Source: Catajapyx aquilonaris (lineage: Eukaryota). From it: DNA of 33,645 bases. Position numbers and translations under genes: made by a program. The notes below the pieces were generated by a model. The model did no database searches. It saw nothing but the letters and a program-made list of their open reading frames with translations, and was not told where the DNA came from. The stretch lies in assembly GCA_000934665.2 (NCBI GenBank), contig JYFJ02004246.1, forward strand, positions 1-33,645, in the 5' to 3' direction. Below, one piece after another: positions 11,199-22,934 of this stretch (position 1 is its first letter; the number at the start of each line of letters is the position of its first letter).

Positions 11199-11841
11199 TG
11201 TTTTGTAGTGAGAAAATCTTCACTTGGACACTACTGATCACTCGGTCCTAATACATTTTCGGTGGGAGAGAGTTCTGAACGACCACCGAAGTGTCTTCAA
11301 ACGCCCCACGCAGTCTGTTAGTTTGGGGGTACCTTATATTACGGCGGTATACCAACATCCCATATATGAAAGTACAGGAGTAAACAGCTCTGGTAGACCT
11401 AATAATTGCAGCATATACTCTGAACTCTGGGTGTAACTTCTTCCAAAATGATATGGTGAGTAACTGGCCCCACCCACTTCCTAGTTACATACCACTAATT
11501 TGCCACATCAGCCAACTATTTTTAAAAGTATTATTTTAGCATGATAATTTATGCACATCTGATGCTTGCTTAATTTTTTTAATGCCCATGGATCGTCAAT
11601 AGCCATAATAAAGTTACCCCCTGTGATCATGTATTTCGTAACATGTAAAACTTTTAGAAATGGCTAATACATCATAATGTAGACTATGTATGAGATACAA
11701 TAAGACATGGCAAATGCTTATACATAGTGCAGTAAACTGTTTGGTAATCACATCGTAATAATCATTGCGGAATTTACCATATTTAAAAAACTAATTAAAA
11801 ATGCTCAAATAACAAAGCATGTTATTGGTTGTGCTGGATGA

Positions 11842-12162
11842 TGGAAGATGAAGTGGCGCTGCGGTATCGCAAGCGCCCATGGATGGAAGGGTCCCGGGTT
11901 TGATACCAAGCCCGGGCATTCTCCCCTTTCATCTCGTGCGGAGTTCTCCAGTGGCATCTCCGGCTTCGTCTAGGGTGGGATTTCCGATAGACGAACCACC
12001 CGGGGGAGCTCACAAAATGTCCACAGCAGAGACATTGCACTTGCACATTGCACATCCCCTCCCAGTCACCCTGCCTTCAGACCAGGGCTCCAAATTAATG
12101 TGTACATCTTGGCAATCAAGGTCCGTGTCAAAACCTCAGATGAGGTACGGCACTACACCCCA
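11842..12162 (+). mobile_element. tRNA-derived SINE, family A
   Basis: Homology to the other family A copies. 18-bp TSD ATTGGTTGTGCTGRATGA at 11824-11841 and 12163-12180. Confidence 0.85.
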
Positions 12163-13372
12163 ATTGGTTGTGCTGAATGACACATTACCAACACATTACA
12201 AAGCGAGAGGGAGAGCAGGCCATGCTCCGAGTGACGTATTATGTGCAGAAGAAACTTGTTTAAGTCCGGCTGAGTGGCTATTAGACCTGGGGACATTTTT
12301 ACAATTCAGTTCTTGTAATATTACACACTAATAATGCATGAAACACAGGCAAGAACAAACGTGACATCATGATATGGCTTCCCTTTGGCCGGTTTCCATA
12401 TATCCAAACCTGCCCCAGCCCCCTCCTTGCAGGCCGACTGCAGCATTTGCCGTGTTTGCACCCGCCCTCAAACGGTGTTTGTTTTTTAGGTGATGCTGCA
12501 ACTTCGCAGACCTGGCGCAGGTAACTTGCAGATGGCAAGTACTTGCAGGCGGGTGCTCATTTTGCTGCCCTAAGACTTCCTCAATGAGTGGGATTTTCTC
12601 TTGCACTTTTGGTAACAATTCATATGCATGAACATACTGCGACTTTTTTTTGTTTTTGCAAAATCCACCATTAGCTGTTTTGACATGGAATGACCCAGTT
12701 TATAGTCGACACATGATGGCAGTGATATTTAGCAACTACTGGCTACAAATGTCATGTCAATCAAAGCATTTTTCAAACCATGTTGTTTTTGTAAGCCTAT
12801 GACACTTTCAGTCAAGTCAACTCTTTCAGCTGCTGGACCCTCCCTATAGACTCTTTCCTTACAAAAATCCCCACAGTGGCGAAAAAAAAGCGAAGGTTAC
12901 TCAGTTAAAGGTCCTGACTATGGTCAATGTGCTCCAAGGTACACCAATTTGAGACTTCGTGAGGGCAAGGTCCTCACCTGTTGCTACTATGTCATGCGTT
13001 TGTGAGTAACAGTAGCTAAAGATCTGTGCCATTATATGGCTCTGTTGATATTTAGGAATAATTCTTCAAACATTTTAAAGGCCACATGGCTAAAATGTGT
13101 GCATTTGTTCTGTGCTGAGGCCATGAAAATTAATTTTCTCAACAATGCAACACAGGCATTTGAAAACAGTTTTCATAACTATCCCTTCCAGGATGGATTT
13201 TGCAGTGTACCACAATAATTTTTTTAGCAGAAGTTCCCCATTATATTAGAAGAAAAAGTGAAACTCAGTTTTAAAATACCTGTATACCTATTCTCCAAGT
13301 AGTGACAATCTGTCTTGATTGTTGCGAGGTTGTAACTTTTCCACATTTCAAATGGCCACAGAATGCACTAGG

Positions 13373-13594
13373 TTGGTTGCCTGATTGAGGGAGCCAAAGC
13401 AACTAAGGGTACCTGGCATATAGGAGGGTGAGAAGGGACTGTGGGAGGAAACCCACGCAAACAGGGAGACAATCTCTCAAAACTATTTCCACAAGAGAAA
13501 GTATCCTCTGTCAGACCTGGGAATCGAACACAGGACCTCAGAGGTGGAAGGCTGTGACATTAGCCACTACACCACCATGCCGTACTGCCCATCA
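13373..13594 (-). mobile_element. V-domain tRNA-SINE (family B), internally deleted, different tail
   Basis: tRNA head homologous to the 20139 copy; truncated V core GCGTGGGTTTCCTCCCAC. 11-bp TSD AATGCACTAGG at 13362-13372 and 13595-13605. Confidence 0.7.
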
Positions 13595-13660
13595 AATGCA
13601 CTAGGAACTTGCCAGAATTTTAGTTTTAATTTTTATGACAATGGTAAATGAGCAGCCAAA

Positions 13661-14155
13661 TTTTTGAACTGGACGTGCTTGAGTTTAGACCAAGTTTAGA
13701 CAGAAATGGCGCAGTTTGAGGCTCACCGCTCCTACCACCTCGTGGAAGGGGGCTCAACTACTATGGCGTATGCTAATATGTTTTTCCGCCTCCCAGCGTG
13801 AGCTAAACATACCCCCTGCCTCCGCGTCAGAACAGGGTTACCCGTAAGTCTGGACTCTTATGAATTTCTCATAGTACAGTGTTTCAGTATCATTCTGTAA
13901 CCATAGTAACAATTTTATAGTGATTTTAAAATTTTAAATAAATTTAATTACCGGTACATTTAAAGTTAATTACACTTAATGTTTTTTCCTGGAACACCCT
14001 GGAGATGAATATTTTCGGCATTTTACATTCAAAAGGACCACCACGAGTTAAAATGATAAATTTGATACAATATTGTTTTTCATTAATATCACTCCTACTA
14101 CAAATTTTCATCGAGAAGAAAAAAAAACAGTCAAAAAAACTATGCCGTCAAAGGG
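13661..14155. mobile_element. Non-autonomous DNA element (piggyBac-like TTAA end), uninterrupted copy
   Basis: Colinear homology with 25860-26116 plus 27241-27452. Ends TCAAAGGG|TTAA; the left terminus was not identified. Confidence 0.6.
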
Positions 14156-14231
14156 TTAAACTGATATTTAATAAAATAAATGCTGATTGAGCAATGTGGC
14201 AACTCTGCCAATGGTATATTAAATGAGAAAT

Positions 14232-14578
14232 CAGGGGAGGCGGAGTAGTGCTGCGGTAACGTATGCGCCCACGGATGTTAAGGTCTCGGGTTTGATCCCA
14301 GCCCGGGGACACCCCCTTCATCTCGTGCAGAGTTCAGGGTCACCTCTCTTCGTCTCGGGTGGTATTTCCAATAGACTAAACCACCCGGGGGAGTTCACTA
14401 AAAATGGCCACATAAGGACATTGCACTGCACCTTGCACATCCCCTCCTGTCATCCTGCCCGTGGGCCCGGGCGTTTCAATTAGTAGGTTCCAATGTAAAA
14501 AAAATAGTACAATAAAGGTTCCGTGTGATATACCCCCACCAGCGGTGAAAGCACTTACCCAGGATTATTATTATGTAT
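14232..14578 (+). mobile_element. tRNA-derived SINE, family A
   Basis: Pol III boxes and (TTA)n tail. 15-bp TSD TATTAAATGAGAAAT at 14217-14231 and 14579-14593. Confidence 0.88.
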
Positions 14579-15654
14579 TATTAAATGAGAAATAATGCTT
14601 GCATGCCCTTTTAATGTTATGAAAATGTATTCACAAACAATGTGCTACTCTAAAAATTGGCCAACATTAGCAATTGTCCTAAAAATGACAATTCTGCCAC
14701 ATTGCTAGCACTTTCTGCGGCCATTGAAAATAGGAAAAAAATTACACATTCTTTGCTTTCAAGCCCAGGTTTTAACTACTTAAAGGACAGATATCTAAAA
14801 ACTGAGTTTCCCTTTTTCATATAAAATTCATTAGGAACAATTTAAACATTATTGTGGTACACCATAAACTTCATCCTGGTAGGTAACCTTTCAAATAACC
14901 TCGTAAGATGCAATTTAAAATGTTGATGGCAAAGTCATGAATTCGTGACTCTTAATCTCGACAGGAACATCTGCAAGCGGAGTCGGAAATAGCCCCCTGT
15001 CATGGTACCACTTTCTAGGAAAATATTGCAATATAGCTCCAAGTAGTGTATTTACACATTATAAATGCCACAATCAAAATGCAAGAGAGTGAACTGCACT
15101 GCCCAAGTCCACAGTCCAAAAGGAGGGAAAAAGTTGTGTATTGTTTACCTCGGAAACCACTGAAAAGATGTGAAAACATTTGGAAGAAACAATCAGCATC
15201 ACATTTACTTGTGAATTATTACTGATATAGAAACTGGTTCTGGAGTAAGCATTAGATAATTTCCTCATCTAGGCCCTACCCCACTTTTGAACTGGAGACC
15301 TGGGCAGTGCATCACCCTGTAAAATGGATGGCATTATTATGTCCTGCTCCTGTTACATGTAGATTCATAATGCTACTAATAAATGAGAACACACAAATAC
15401 AACTGCATTTTTTTGTCTCATTCACATAGTTCATGGGACATAACAATCACTTATGAATCCAATTTTAGCCTGACCAAGAAGAACTACTCAGGCTGCAATT
15501 AACCTTGTGACCATTGAATGTGCTCTATTTTGCTGTCGCACACAACACATTAATACGTTTCAGTGACAAGTGAATAGTTGATCGTCAGGCATTGATCAGG
15601 GAAAAAACAATGAAAAAACCTTAACAATACTGAAAAGGAAAGACTATTACTCAC

Positions 15655-15805
15655 CAACATATGCATGCAGTGTGTGCAAATGAGACCCATGATTAAAATT
15701 CCAAATGTTCCAACAAAAAGGCCTGCATTCTTCAATGCATCTGGCATTGCTAATATTCCAGTTCCGATGTTTCCCTTCAAAATGTGAATTAAAGTGTCGC
15801 AGTTA
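15655..15805 (-). CDS. SLC36: SLC36 transporter, internal exon (TM1-2)
   Basis: NCDTLIHILKGNIGTGILAMPDALKNAGLFVGTFGILIMGLICTHCMHML. Acceptor TTTTTGTTCTAG and donor GTGAGT; phase 2 in, 0 out. Confidence 0.97.
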
Positions 15806-15921
15806 CTAGAACAAAAAGATATACACTTTTAGTATTTATGAAATCCTTTACCCAAGTGAATGCAACAAATTAAGTGACACTATGTTGTAAAGTTTCAACA
15901 GTTTTAATCTGTATACATATA

Positions 15922-16877
15922 TGAGGGGACTTCATAAAGTTCACGCCTTTAGGTTGAAGGAAATGAGAGAAAGCGGTTCAAATTACACACATGTATTAGT
16001 CCTTCTCTCTATATGAACCCTGCAAAGCCACACATTTTTCCCAGTGATTCACGACCTGTGGGACATTATCATTGTAGAGGTCAACACTTTGTGCTTGAAA
16101 ATTGTTTCCAACCCACCCCTCATCGCTTTCAAAATGCTTCCCACACATTTGTTATTAATTTGTTCCAGGTAAGGCCAAAATATCGGCTAATTGCACTGGA
16201 CTAACAGTGTTTGCTTCAAGTGGCAAAAGTGAAAGATGTTTCTAGGGGTGAGGTCCGGGAAATACGGTGGATGAGGCAGAATATTGTACCCCAACTGGCC
16301 AGCAAGTGCCACAGTTGCATGGGCAGAATGAGCAGGTGCGTTGTTGTGCACACCTTGCATCACCATTCCTCGTCTCTTCCGCTTGATCTGGTGATGCAGC
16401 CTTTACAGAAGGTCTTGATAATACTACCCTATGATGATCTGGACTTTTCGTGCATAATTAGTCCTGATAAATCCTTGGGAATTAAAAAAAAACACTGAGC
16501 ATAACCTCTCCAGATGATAGCTGCATCCTGGCCTTCTTTGGGGGTGGAGAGTTCTTAGTGTTTCCACTGCTTGTTCTGTAATTTGGTGTCTAGGTCGTAA
16601 TGGTACACCCAACATTCGTCCATGATGATGAGTCGGTTGAAAAAATTGCATCATCGGAGAGGAACATCCCCAATATTTCCTTAGCCTTACCAAGGTTGAA
16701 AACTTTTTCAAGCGCAGAACTTCGGCAATAATGGTGTCCCACAAGTCGTGCATCGCTGGGAAAAATGCGTGCCTTTGCAGGATTAATATAGAGAGATGGA
16801 CTAATACATGTGTGCAATTTGAACCGTTTCTCTCATTTCCTTCAACCCAACAGTGTGAACTTTATGAACGCCCCTCG
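15922..16877 (-). mobile_element. Rearranged mariner element: decayed catalytic domain between two inverted copies of the 3' end
   Basis: Minus-strand remnants FFNRLIIMDECWVYHYD, HNNAPAHSA and LPHPPYFPDLTP match the mariner GDETW / HDNAPAH / YSPDLAP motifs. About 160-bp inverted arms start YGAGGGG..TTCATAAAGTTCAC; TA flanks. Confidence 0.88.
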
Positions 16878-17179
16878 TACTGACCATGAAGCTTAAGCTC
16901 ATGCACTGAAAATCTTCACTGGCTGGTTCCAAATTCCATTAAAATTGCAAATACATTGCGCATATCTCAGTACTATCCCTCCTGTTCCCACTTCAAAGTA
17001 ATAAATCTTTATGTGCATAATTATTCAATAAAACACATTTTCATGACAAAATAGTACTAGATCGCTTTTCATTTCTTTGAATCCAGCTGACCTAAAAACA
17101 TGATGTGATGCCCAAAAAACTGAGAAATCTTTGCTGCATTCAAGTTACATACTAAAGTAACAAAATGTGATTAACTCAC

Positions 17180-17359
17180 GAAGTTGGATGATCCACATCT
17201 CGGTCTTCCAAAGGGTCAAAATTCAGACTGGCTGCACTGCCTTCTAGCTCAGTTTGAGAGTCCACTGTGATTATGGAAACTGGAGACTTGATTTCTGTTG
17301 GTTTGCCTCCTGGACCTTGCTGCGTCTTTTCCTGTGCCATGTTTGGATTTGCCTGGTGC
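17180..17359 (-). CDS. SLC36: SLC36 transporter, first common coding exon (cytosolic N-terminus)
   Basis: HQANPNMAQEK...NFDPLEDRDVDHPTS, with the typical 'DP...R...HPT' motif before TM1. Acceptor TTTTCAG and donor GTGAGT; 180 nt, phase 2 in and out. Confidence 0.9.
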
Positions 17360-18010
17360 CTGAAAATCACCAAGAGAAGCATGCAACTTGAAAATAAAGT
17401 CAAAGTCCCTGATGTCATAACTTGATAAACTCAATTCTCCAATGATGTTTACATTGCAAAACTTTCCAAGGTAAATATTTAAAATGCAAAACATAAACAT
17501 GTTTTGTCAATGTCTCCCACAAAAATAAGCAGTCATTTGTTACTTTTTCTTCAGACCTCCTATTACACAACCCTTGAATCCAAAAAAATACTTCAAAAAC
17601 TTGACTTACACCAACAGAACTTTTATGCAAAAAGATCAACAAGTCTCAGGTAGTACAAACTAAGGAGGAGAAGAGATGTTAGCCAGGCAAAGTGTAGTTG
17701 TAAATTACCCAGCAGCCACCATGGTCGACTCTGTGCCACTATAGAAAAGTGCACCAATCGTACCAAAGGCTGAGTTGCAACGGCGAATGAGAGATCTTAA
17801 GATGACTCTCCGGCCTTTTTTATCCACTTTTTTATCCCAGGTTTCATTATCAGTCAACACCTCAAGCCATTTGCACCAATCGGCCTCACCATCAACTAAT
17901 TGTCAATACCACTTATCTTGCTACCCACTTGAAGATTCAACCTAGCCATCATGATTCAAGTTCAATTACGCAGCACCTAAAAATGCTTCTTAAAATGCTT
18001 CCTTACTCAC

Positions 18011-18033
18011 CTTTTCAGAGAGATTTCTTCCAT
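18011..18033 (-). CDS. Candidate alternative start exon of SLC36 (MEEISLK-R)
   Basis: GCC ATG G start context and upstream in-frame TAA. Strong donor AAG|GTGAGT in phase 2 matches exon 17180-17359. Confidence 0.55.
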
Positions 18034-19427
18034 GGCAAATTGATATGTAAAGAGGTGTGTGGTTTACTGGCTGTAGATCTGAACAGCAACTGCCTTCAAA
18101 CTACATGAAAGCACTCAATAGCCTTGGTATTCCCTATTACCTCCCAGCCTAATTGCAATTCCAGACAGCATCACCCTTTTACGAGTCACCAATCAGGTGT
18201 AAAATAAAGCTGAAGGTCAATTACCACATTTACCCCATGCATGGGGTAGCATGACATATGGTACATTTTCTACTCTGATCTGATAATCAATTGTTTGTGA
18301 CATTTTTCTGACAAATTCCTAAAGAATAGAAGTCATCAAACTCTTCCTCTCGAAGGTCGTCGACATAGTATTGGTAAGTCACTTACTATCTTGAAAATTT
18401 CAGCATAGAGAGTCATTGTCCGAGTCTCAAAGCAGTTTTATGTGCGTTTTTTTTTGGAAGTGGCAGAATAAAGGATTTTTTTCCATTTTTTTTCAGGAGA
18501 AGTGAATGAACACAGGCTCAATGAGCAGCCATTACCCACAAGTGCAGTAATCTTATGGGTTATGGCTGCTCATCCAAACTGCTATTCAACATTAAAAACG
18601 GCACAATTTTCTTATTTCATCATCTTAACTTCAGTCTACTGAGGAAAGGAACTACATCAAAGAACACCCCTCAATAGCAGTAGCCACATGTATTGTAAAC
18701 AAAAACAATGGGATAATCAAAATTGCTAGGCCAACTAGTGTTGAGGTCAATACTTACAACCTTCTGAAAAAAAAGGGCACGTGTACACTTTGCAAAGGTC
18801 ATGTGCCAGACAACTCGATAGTAACCATGACCCCATCGCAATGTGAACATGTGCCGTTTTTTCTGTAGGATGAGAGAATACACTCCATCTGGCTAACAGC
18901 AGAAGATATCACTAAATTTTCATAATAGTGTGCAAGGTCAAGATGTTTCTTTCTGGAGTATGACTTCATTGTAACTGCTCCATTTACTTTGTAATTTGTA
19001 GTAAGCCCATAATAAAATGTGTCAAATGACAGGTTCAAATAATGCACTTTATTTGACACCCAAGCCAATAATACAGTAAAACCTGTGTATTGGAGAATCC
19101 CACGGGCCCCTAAAATCTTCCTGTAATGGACAAGTTTTGGTATATTCAGATCAAGGACGTTAGTGAGATTTTTTTGCCGGGAAGAAAGAGATGACAATGG
19201 GGAGAGCAAAAATAAGCACCTTACCTCCATATGGAGCAAAATCTGTCCACACAGTAGAGTATTTAGGCCCTTAAGCTTTACCGTGCTACATTTTTGTGGA
19301 ATAGCCTGGAGTGTAGACGTGTAGTAAAAGGGGGGCAATTTCATTGCAGTTGAAAATGTCCTCCTTGGAATAGCCCGAACAAATGCTCTCCACCTTCTCC
19401 TTCCAATTTTCTACTTCTTTGAGATTG

Positions 19428-19741
19428 GGGATGCGGAGTGGCACTGCAGTAACATTTGCGCCCATGGGTGTAAGGGTCCCAGGCTTTTCCCCCTTCATCT
19501 CGTGCAGAGTTGGGTCATCTCTGACTTCGTTTAGGGTGAGATTCCTTGAGACTAACCACCCAGGGGAGCTCACAAAATGTACCATTACAGACATTGCACT
19601 TGCACTTTGCACATTCCCTCCCACTCATCCCTGCCCGTGGCCCCAGGCACTTCGCCAAAGGTTCCAGTCGTGTACAAGTGTACATTAAGACAATAATAAA
19701 GGTCCGTGCAATACCCCAAGAGGGGTCTAAGCACTACCTGG

Positions 19742-19780
<39 letters not shown>

Positions 19781-19790
19781 GTCATTATCA
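19428..19790 (+). mobile_element. tRNA-derived SINE, family A, with (TAT)n tail
   Basis: 16-bp TSD TACTTCTTYGAGATTG at 19412-19427 and 19791-19806, which duplicates Tigger codons (NLEEV / NLKEV). Confidence 0.88.
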
Positions 19791-20138
19791 TACTTCTTCG
19801 AGATTGACAACACTTACTGCATCACCACACACAGTTTTACACGAAATTCTGTGTCTGTTGCAGAATGAGAAACTTTCCAGCCATCCATTTGAAACACTCA
19901 ATTTTGCCACACCACATTTTTGGGCCATTAATTTTGCCTCCTCTATTGGACAATCAACCCAGACACTGGCAATACGTTCAGCCTGTGTCAACCCTTTCTT
20001 CTTCTCTGACATTTCAAAACTGGACTGGACGGTGAACTAAACTTGAAGGCAGGGCACCTACGAATCACGAGTCACAATCTTCTTGGGACCCCTGCAAACT
20101 GTCTTTCCATTTTCCAACGAAAAATAGTCCCTTTTCCT

Positions 20139-20407
20139 AGGGCGACACGGTGGCCGAGTGGTTAGCGCCGCAGCCTTCCACCTCTAAGGTCCCGAGTTCG
20201 ATCCCCGGGTCGGACGGAGGATACTTATGTGGATAGAGTTTCGATGGGTTCTCTCCGTGTTCGCGTGGGTTTTCTCGGGGTTCTCCCGTTTCCTCCCACG
20301 ATCAAAATCCATCACATTACAGGCAAATGATTAAAGTCGGTTATTCAAAAGATGATCCCCTAAGAGGCCCAAGGGGCCTATCACGGGGTATCCATTATCA
20401 TTATTAT
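20139..20407 (+). mobile_element. Full-length V-domain tRNA-SINE (family B)
   Basis: A box TGGCCGAGTGG and B box GAGTTCGATCCC. Core GTTCTCTCCGTGTTCGCGTGGGTTTTCTCGGGGTTCTCCCGTTTCCTCCCAC; (TTA)n tail. Exact 14-bp TSD TAGTCCCTTTTCCT at 20125-20138 and 20408-20421. Confidence 0.9.
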
Positions 20408-20787
20408 TAGTCCCTTTTCCTCACCAATATGCGTATTTTCAAGGCCATGAGCTGGTAGCAATTCCAGCAATTATGAGAGACAGTATGGTGCCGGACGGTA
20501 CAGGAAGGGTAACTCCGAGGCCTCCTGGGAGAGCCGAGAGTGAACCCTGCTGTAGTTTCTATATTTTTGACTCATAGGAGATAATGTGAACCTTTTGATT
20601 TCAGTTATGAACGGAGATTTCCTCTTAAGGAAGACAAAAATCCCTTCCATTTCCGCATTGGTCAGGTTCTGTAATATCCGTCAAAAAATACATTACATGT
20701 CCTACGCATACGCCCATTCCCCGAAATAATTCCGCAATGGATAGGTTTCCGCTATATCCAGGGTCAGTAATGGGCAAGTTTCACTGA

Positions 20788-20839
<52 letters not shown>

Positions 20840-21121
20840 GTAATAATAATAATAACAACAACAACAACAATAATAGTGGACACCTCATGATAAGCCTGTT
20901 AGGGGATCGTCTTTACAATAACCAACTTTAATCATTCCTGAGTTGCGATGGGTTTTGATTGCGGGAGGAAACGGGAGAGCCCTGAGAAAACCTATGCAAA
21001 CACAGAGAGAACCCATCGAAACTCTATCCACATGAGTATCCTCTGTCTGACCCACAGATTAAACTCGGGACCTCAGAGGTGGAATGCTGTAGCACTAACC
21101 ACTCTGCCATCATGTCCCCCC
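20788..21121 (-). mobile_element. V-domain tRNA-SINE (family B) with expanded (AAT/AAC)n tail
   Basis: Reverse-complement homology to 20139-20407 over the whole length. The microsatellite at 20788-20875 is its tail. Confidence 0.85.
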
Positions 21122-21320
21122 TTTTAACACCCAAGCTAGTAGCATGTATTACTACTGGGAATAGCACTAGTACAATGTACACAATACATTGCCTTCTGTT
21201 CCAAACCTTCCCAAACCACACCTGGTTCCAAAACAATTATGGGTGTGCAACTGTTTAGGTTAGATTAGCAGAGCTACTGTTTGCTATATTTCAGGGGTCA
21301 AGCATTATATTTGTACTTAC

Positions 21321-21427
21321 CTATCATATGTAAAGGCAAGGGTATCTGATGACACCAGGAGAGGCTCCGTCTCTTCCTTGCGAAAGCGACTCATGGTTTT
21401 CTTCATCATGTTTATCTCTTCCGGTTC
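21321..21427 (-). CDS. Candidate SLC36 N-terminal exon with dileucine motif
   Basis: EPEEINMMKKTMSRFRKEETEPLLVSSDTLAFTYD(R). Acceptor TTTTGCAG and donor AG|GTAAGT; 107 nt, phase 0 in and 2 out, open and in frame with both neighbours. Confidence 0.75.
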
Positions 21428-22886
21428 CTGCAAAATTTACCCACACAGTTGTAATGATTCAATTCATTTTCACTAATATCCATGCTTCAGAATGTGCTGC
21501 TCAGAATGAACTGGAAGTGTTAATCGGCATTGGTATCAGAACAGGATGTGCAAAATGTCGATGTGATTTTGACGTATCACAATGTAGAAACAGCAGATGT
21601 GCAGGGTGTGTCAAGTGGACTCATAATACAGACAAAAAAATTTGCATGTACACAGAAGAAAGACATGCTGGGTGATAAAAGGGATTGCGGGATCAAGCAC
21701 AAAAAAGGTCAAAGTTGATAAGGCACTGAACATGCAAAATGAAGTCGCAAAAGAGTGAAGAAATAGTAATTTTGCATTTGTTGTCAAGTTCTACATCTAA
21801 AAAATAAAATATACACTTAGTCAATGCCACATTCAAGTATCTTACAATGGATTAAGATTACGAGCAAAGAAAGAAATGGTTCTATTTGCTTAGATATCTT
21901 CCCTCCTCTCTTAAAAAAACTCCTTCAAGTGAAGGTTATTAAATAAGTAAATAAATGTATACAAAGGCCTGAACAAATATAGGTCGGGGGGGAAAATGGG
22001 GTCTAGAGGATGTTGAATTTCATAATTACTTAAGATGTCCCCAATAGTGGTAAACACATTTTTATCTACCAGAACTTTGACTTTCCACCTCCCTTGTTAT
22101 TTCCACCATTACAAGATATTTTTCCATATCCAGAACACTTTGATTTGTTTATGATGAAAGTGTTCCCAAGTCCGGAATTTTCAAATAACTTGCACGCTTC
22201 CAAGTACTCTGCAGATAAGTAAACCACAGCAGCCACATCCTCTGCAGTCATGTCCTGACACACATTTTTGTCAAAGCCACATCTGGCTTACATTTTCCTC
22301 TCTGGTAAACTATAGGCAAAAACTTCAGTGTTCCTCCTCTCACATGACCTCTTTACAATATCACATATCATCATCACATTAAATTGACAGTTGGTGCATG
22401 CACAGGTAGTAAATTGTATTTCACTTTAAAATAACCAGAGAAAATAATGTTAGTCACACAACAAATACATCCCAACATCATTATAAAAGGTAGGCAAAGG
22501 ATGCAATGGTTTTTAAAAAAGCAATCATGTCATGTACATGGCATTCACATGCAATGACCATACAATTCACTGCATCAACATCATACAATCATACAATCAC
22601 TGCAGCAACACATGCGTCCTGGTTTCAATAATGAAAGCAGAACCGAACTCAAGAATTTTGTTTTTTACCAACATTAGTGTGATAAGGACCATACAAGCCA
22701 CTTAGCAACATTCCCTGGATAAGATCCAAGTCACTTATCTGTGACTTTGGAAGGTCGAATCCAGTGCAAAAGGGGGGGGGGGGGGNCCATTAGTAAAAAA
22801 AGCATTATGCCAAAATATATGCCAAAAGCAATGCAATAGCAAAACAAGCAAAAAAAAAAATCAAAATTGAAGGGCTCATAACTTAC

Positions 22887-22934
22887 TATGGGGGCTGGAG
22901 TATCCGAAATGCTTCCATAACCAGATGCAGCCAT
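22887..22934 (-). CDS. Candidate SLC36 start exon, coding part (exon 22887-22994)
   Basis: MAASGYGSISDTPAPI then donor GTAAGT in phase 0. Two in-frame TAA lie just upstream of the ATG. Acceptor TTTTTTTTCTCCCTGGCAG ends at 22995, implying a further upstream 5' UTR exon. Confidence 0.65.

Larger units (their letters stand above)
19074..20786 (-). mobile_element. Decayed Tigger/pogo element carrying two SINE insertions
   Basis: Ends TA|CAGTAAAACC and GTTTCACTG. Minus-strand remnants AKLSVSNGWLESF..RHRISCKTVCGDA and EVENWKEKVESICSGYSKEDIFNCNE. Homologous to 1-811. Confidence 0.8.

Noticed and set aside
12367..12618. ORF containing LQHHLKNKH, reminiscent of a hAT BED finger
   Set aside because: The Cys pair and TIRs are not recoverable; too degenerate to call.
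12872..12895. Second CACAGTG followed by an A-rich run, a possible Transib end
   Set aside because: No partner end with a matching 5-bp TSD was found.
18799..19344. 181-aa minus-strand ORF
   Set aside because: It crosses the Tigger terminus into unique intron sequence and has no coherent domain.
9806..19790. All four family A SINEs are antisense to the host gene
   Set aside because: Four copies are too few to show a bias, and the other SINE families occur in both orientations.
19546..20040. 164-aa ORF with poly-Tyr, and the antisense poly-Ile ORF
   Set aside because: Chance reading of a SINE (TAT)n tail plus antisense Tigger sequence.
20140..20215. Possible tRNA gene
   Set aside because: It continues into a SINE body, tail and TSD, so it is a SINE head. 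The same applies to the tRNA-like sequences at 9806, 11842, 14232, 19428 and 7140-7211.
22066..22263. 65-aa minus-strand ORF in the SLC36 intron
   Set aside because: Starts at GTG, has no recognisable family motif, and has no convincing splice sites.
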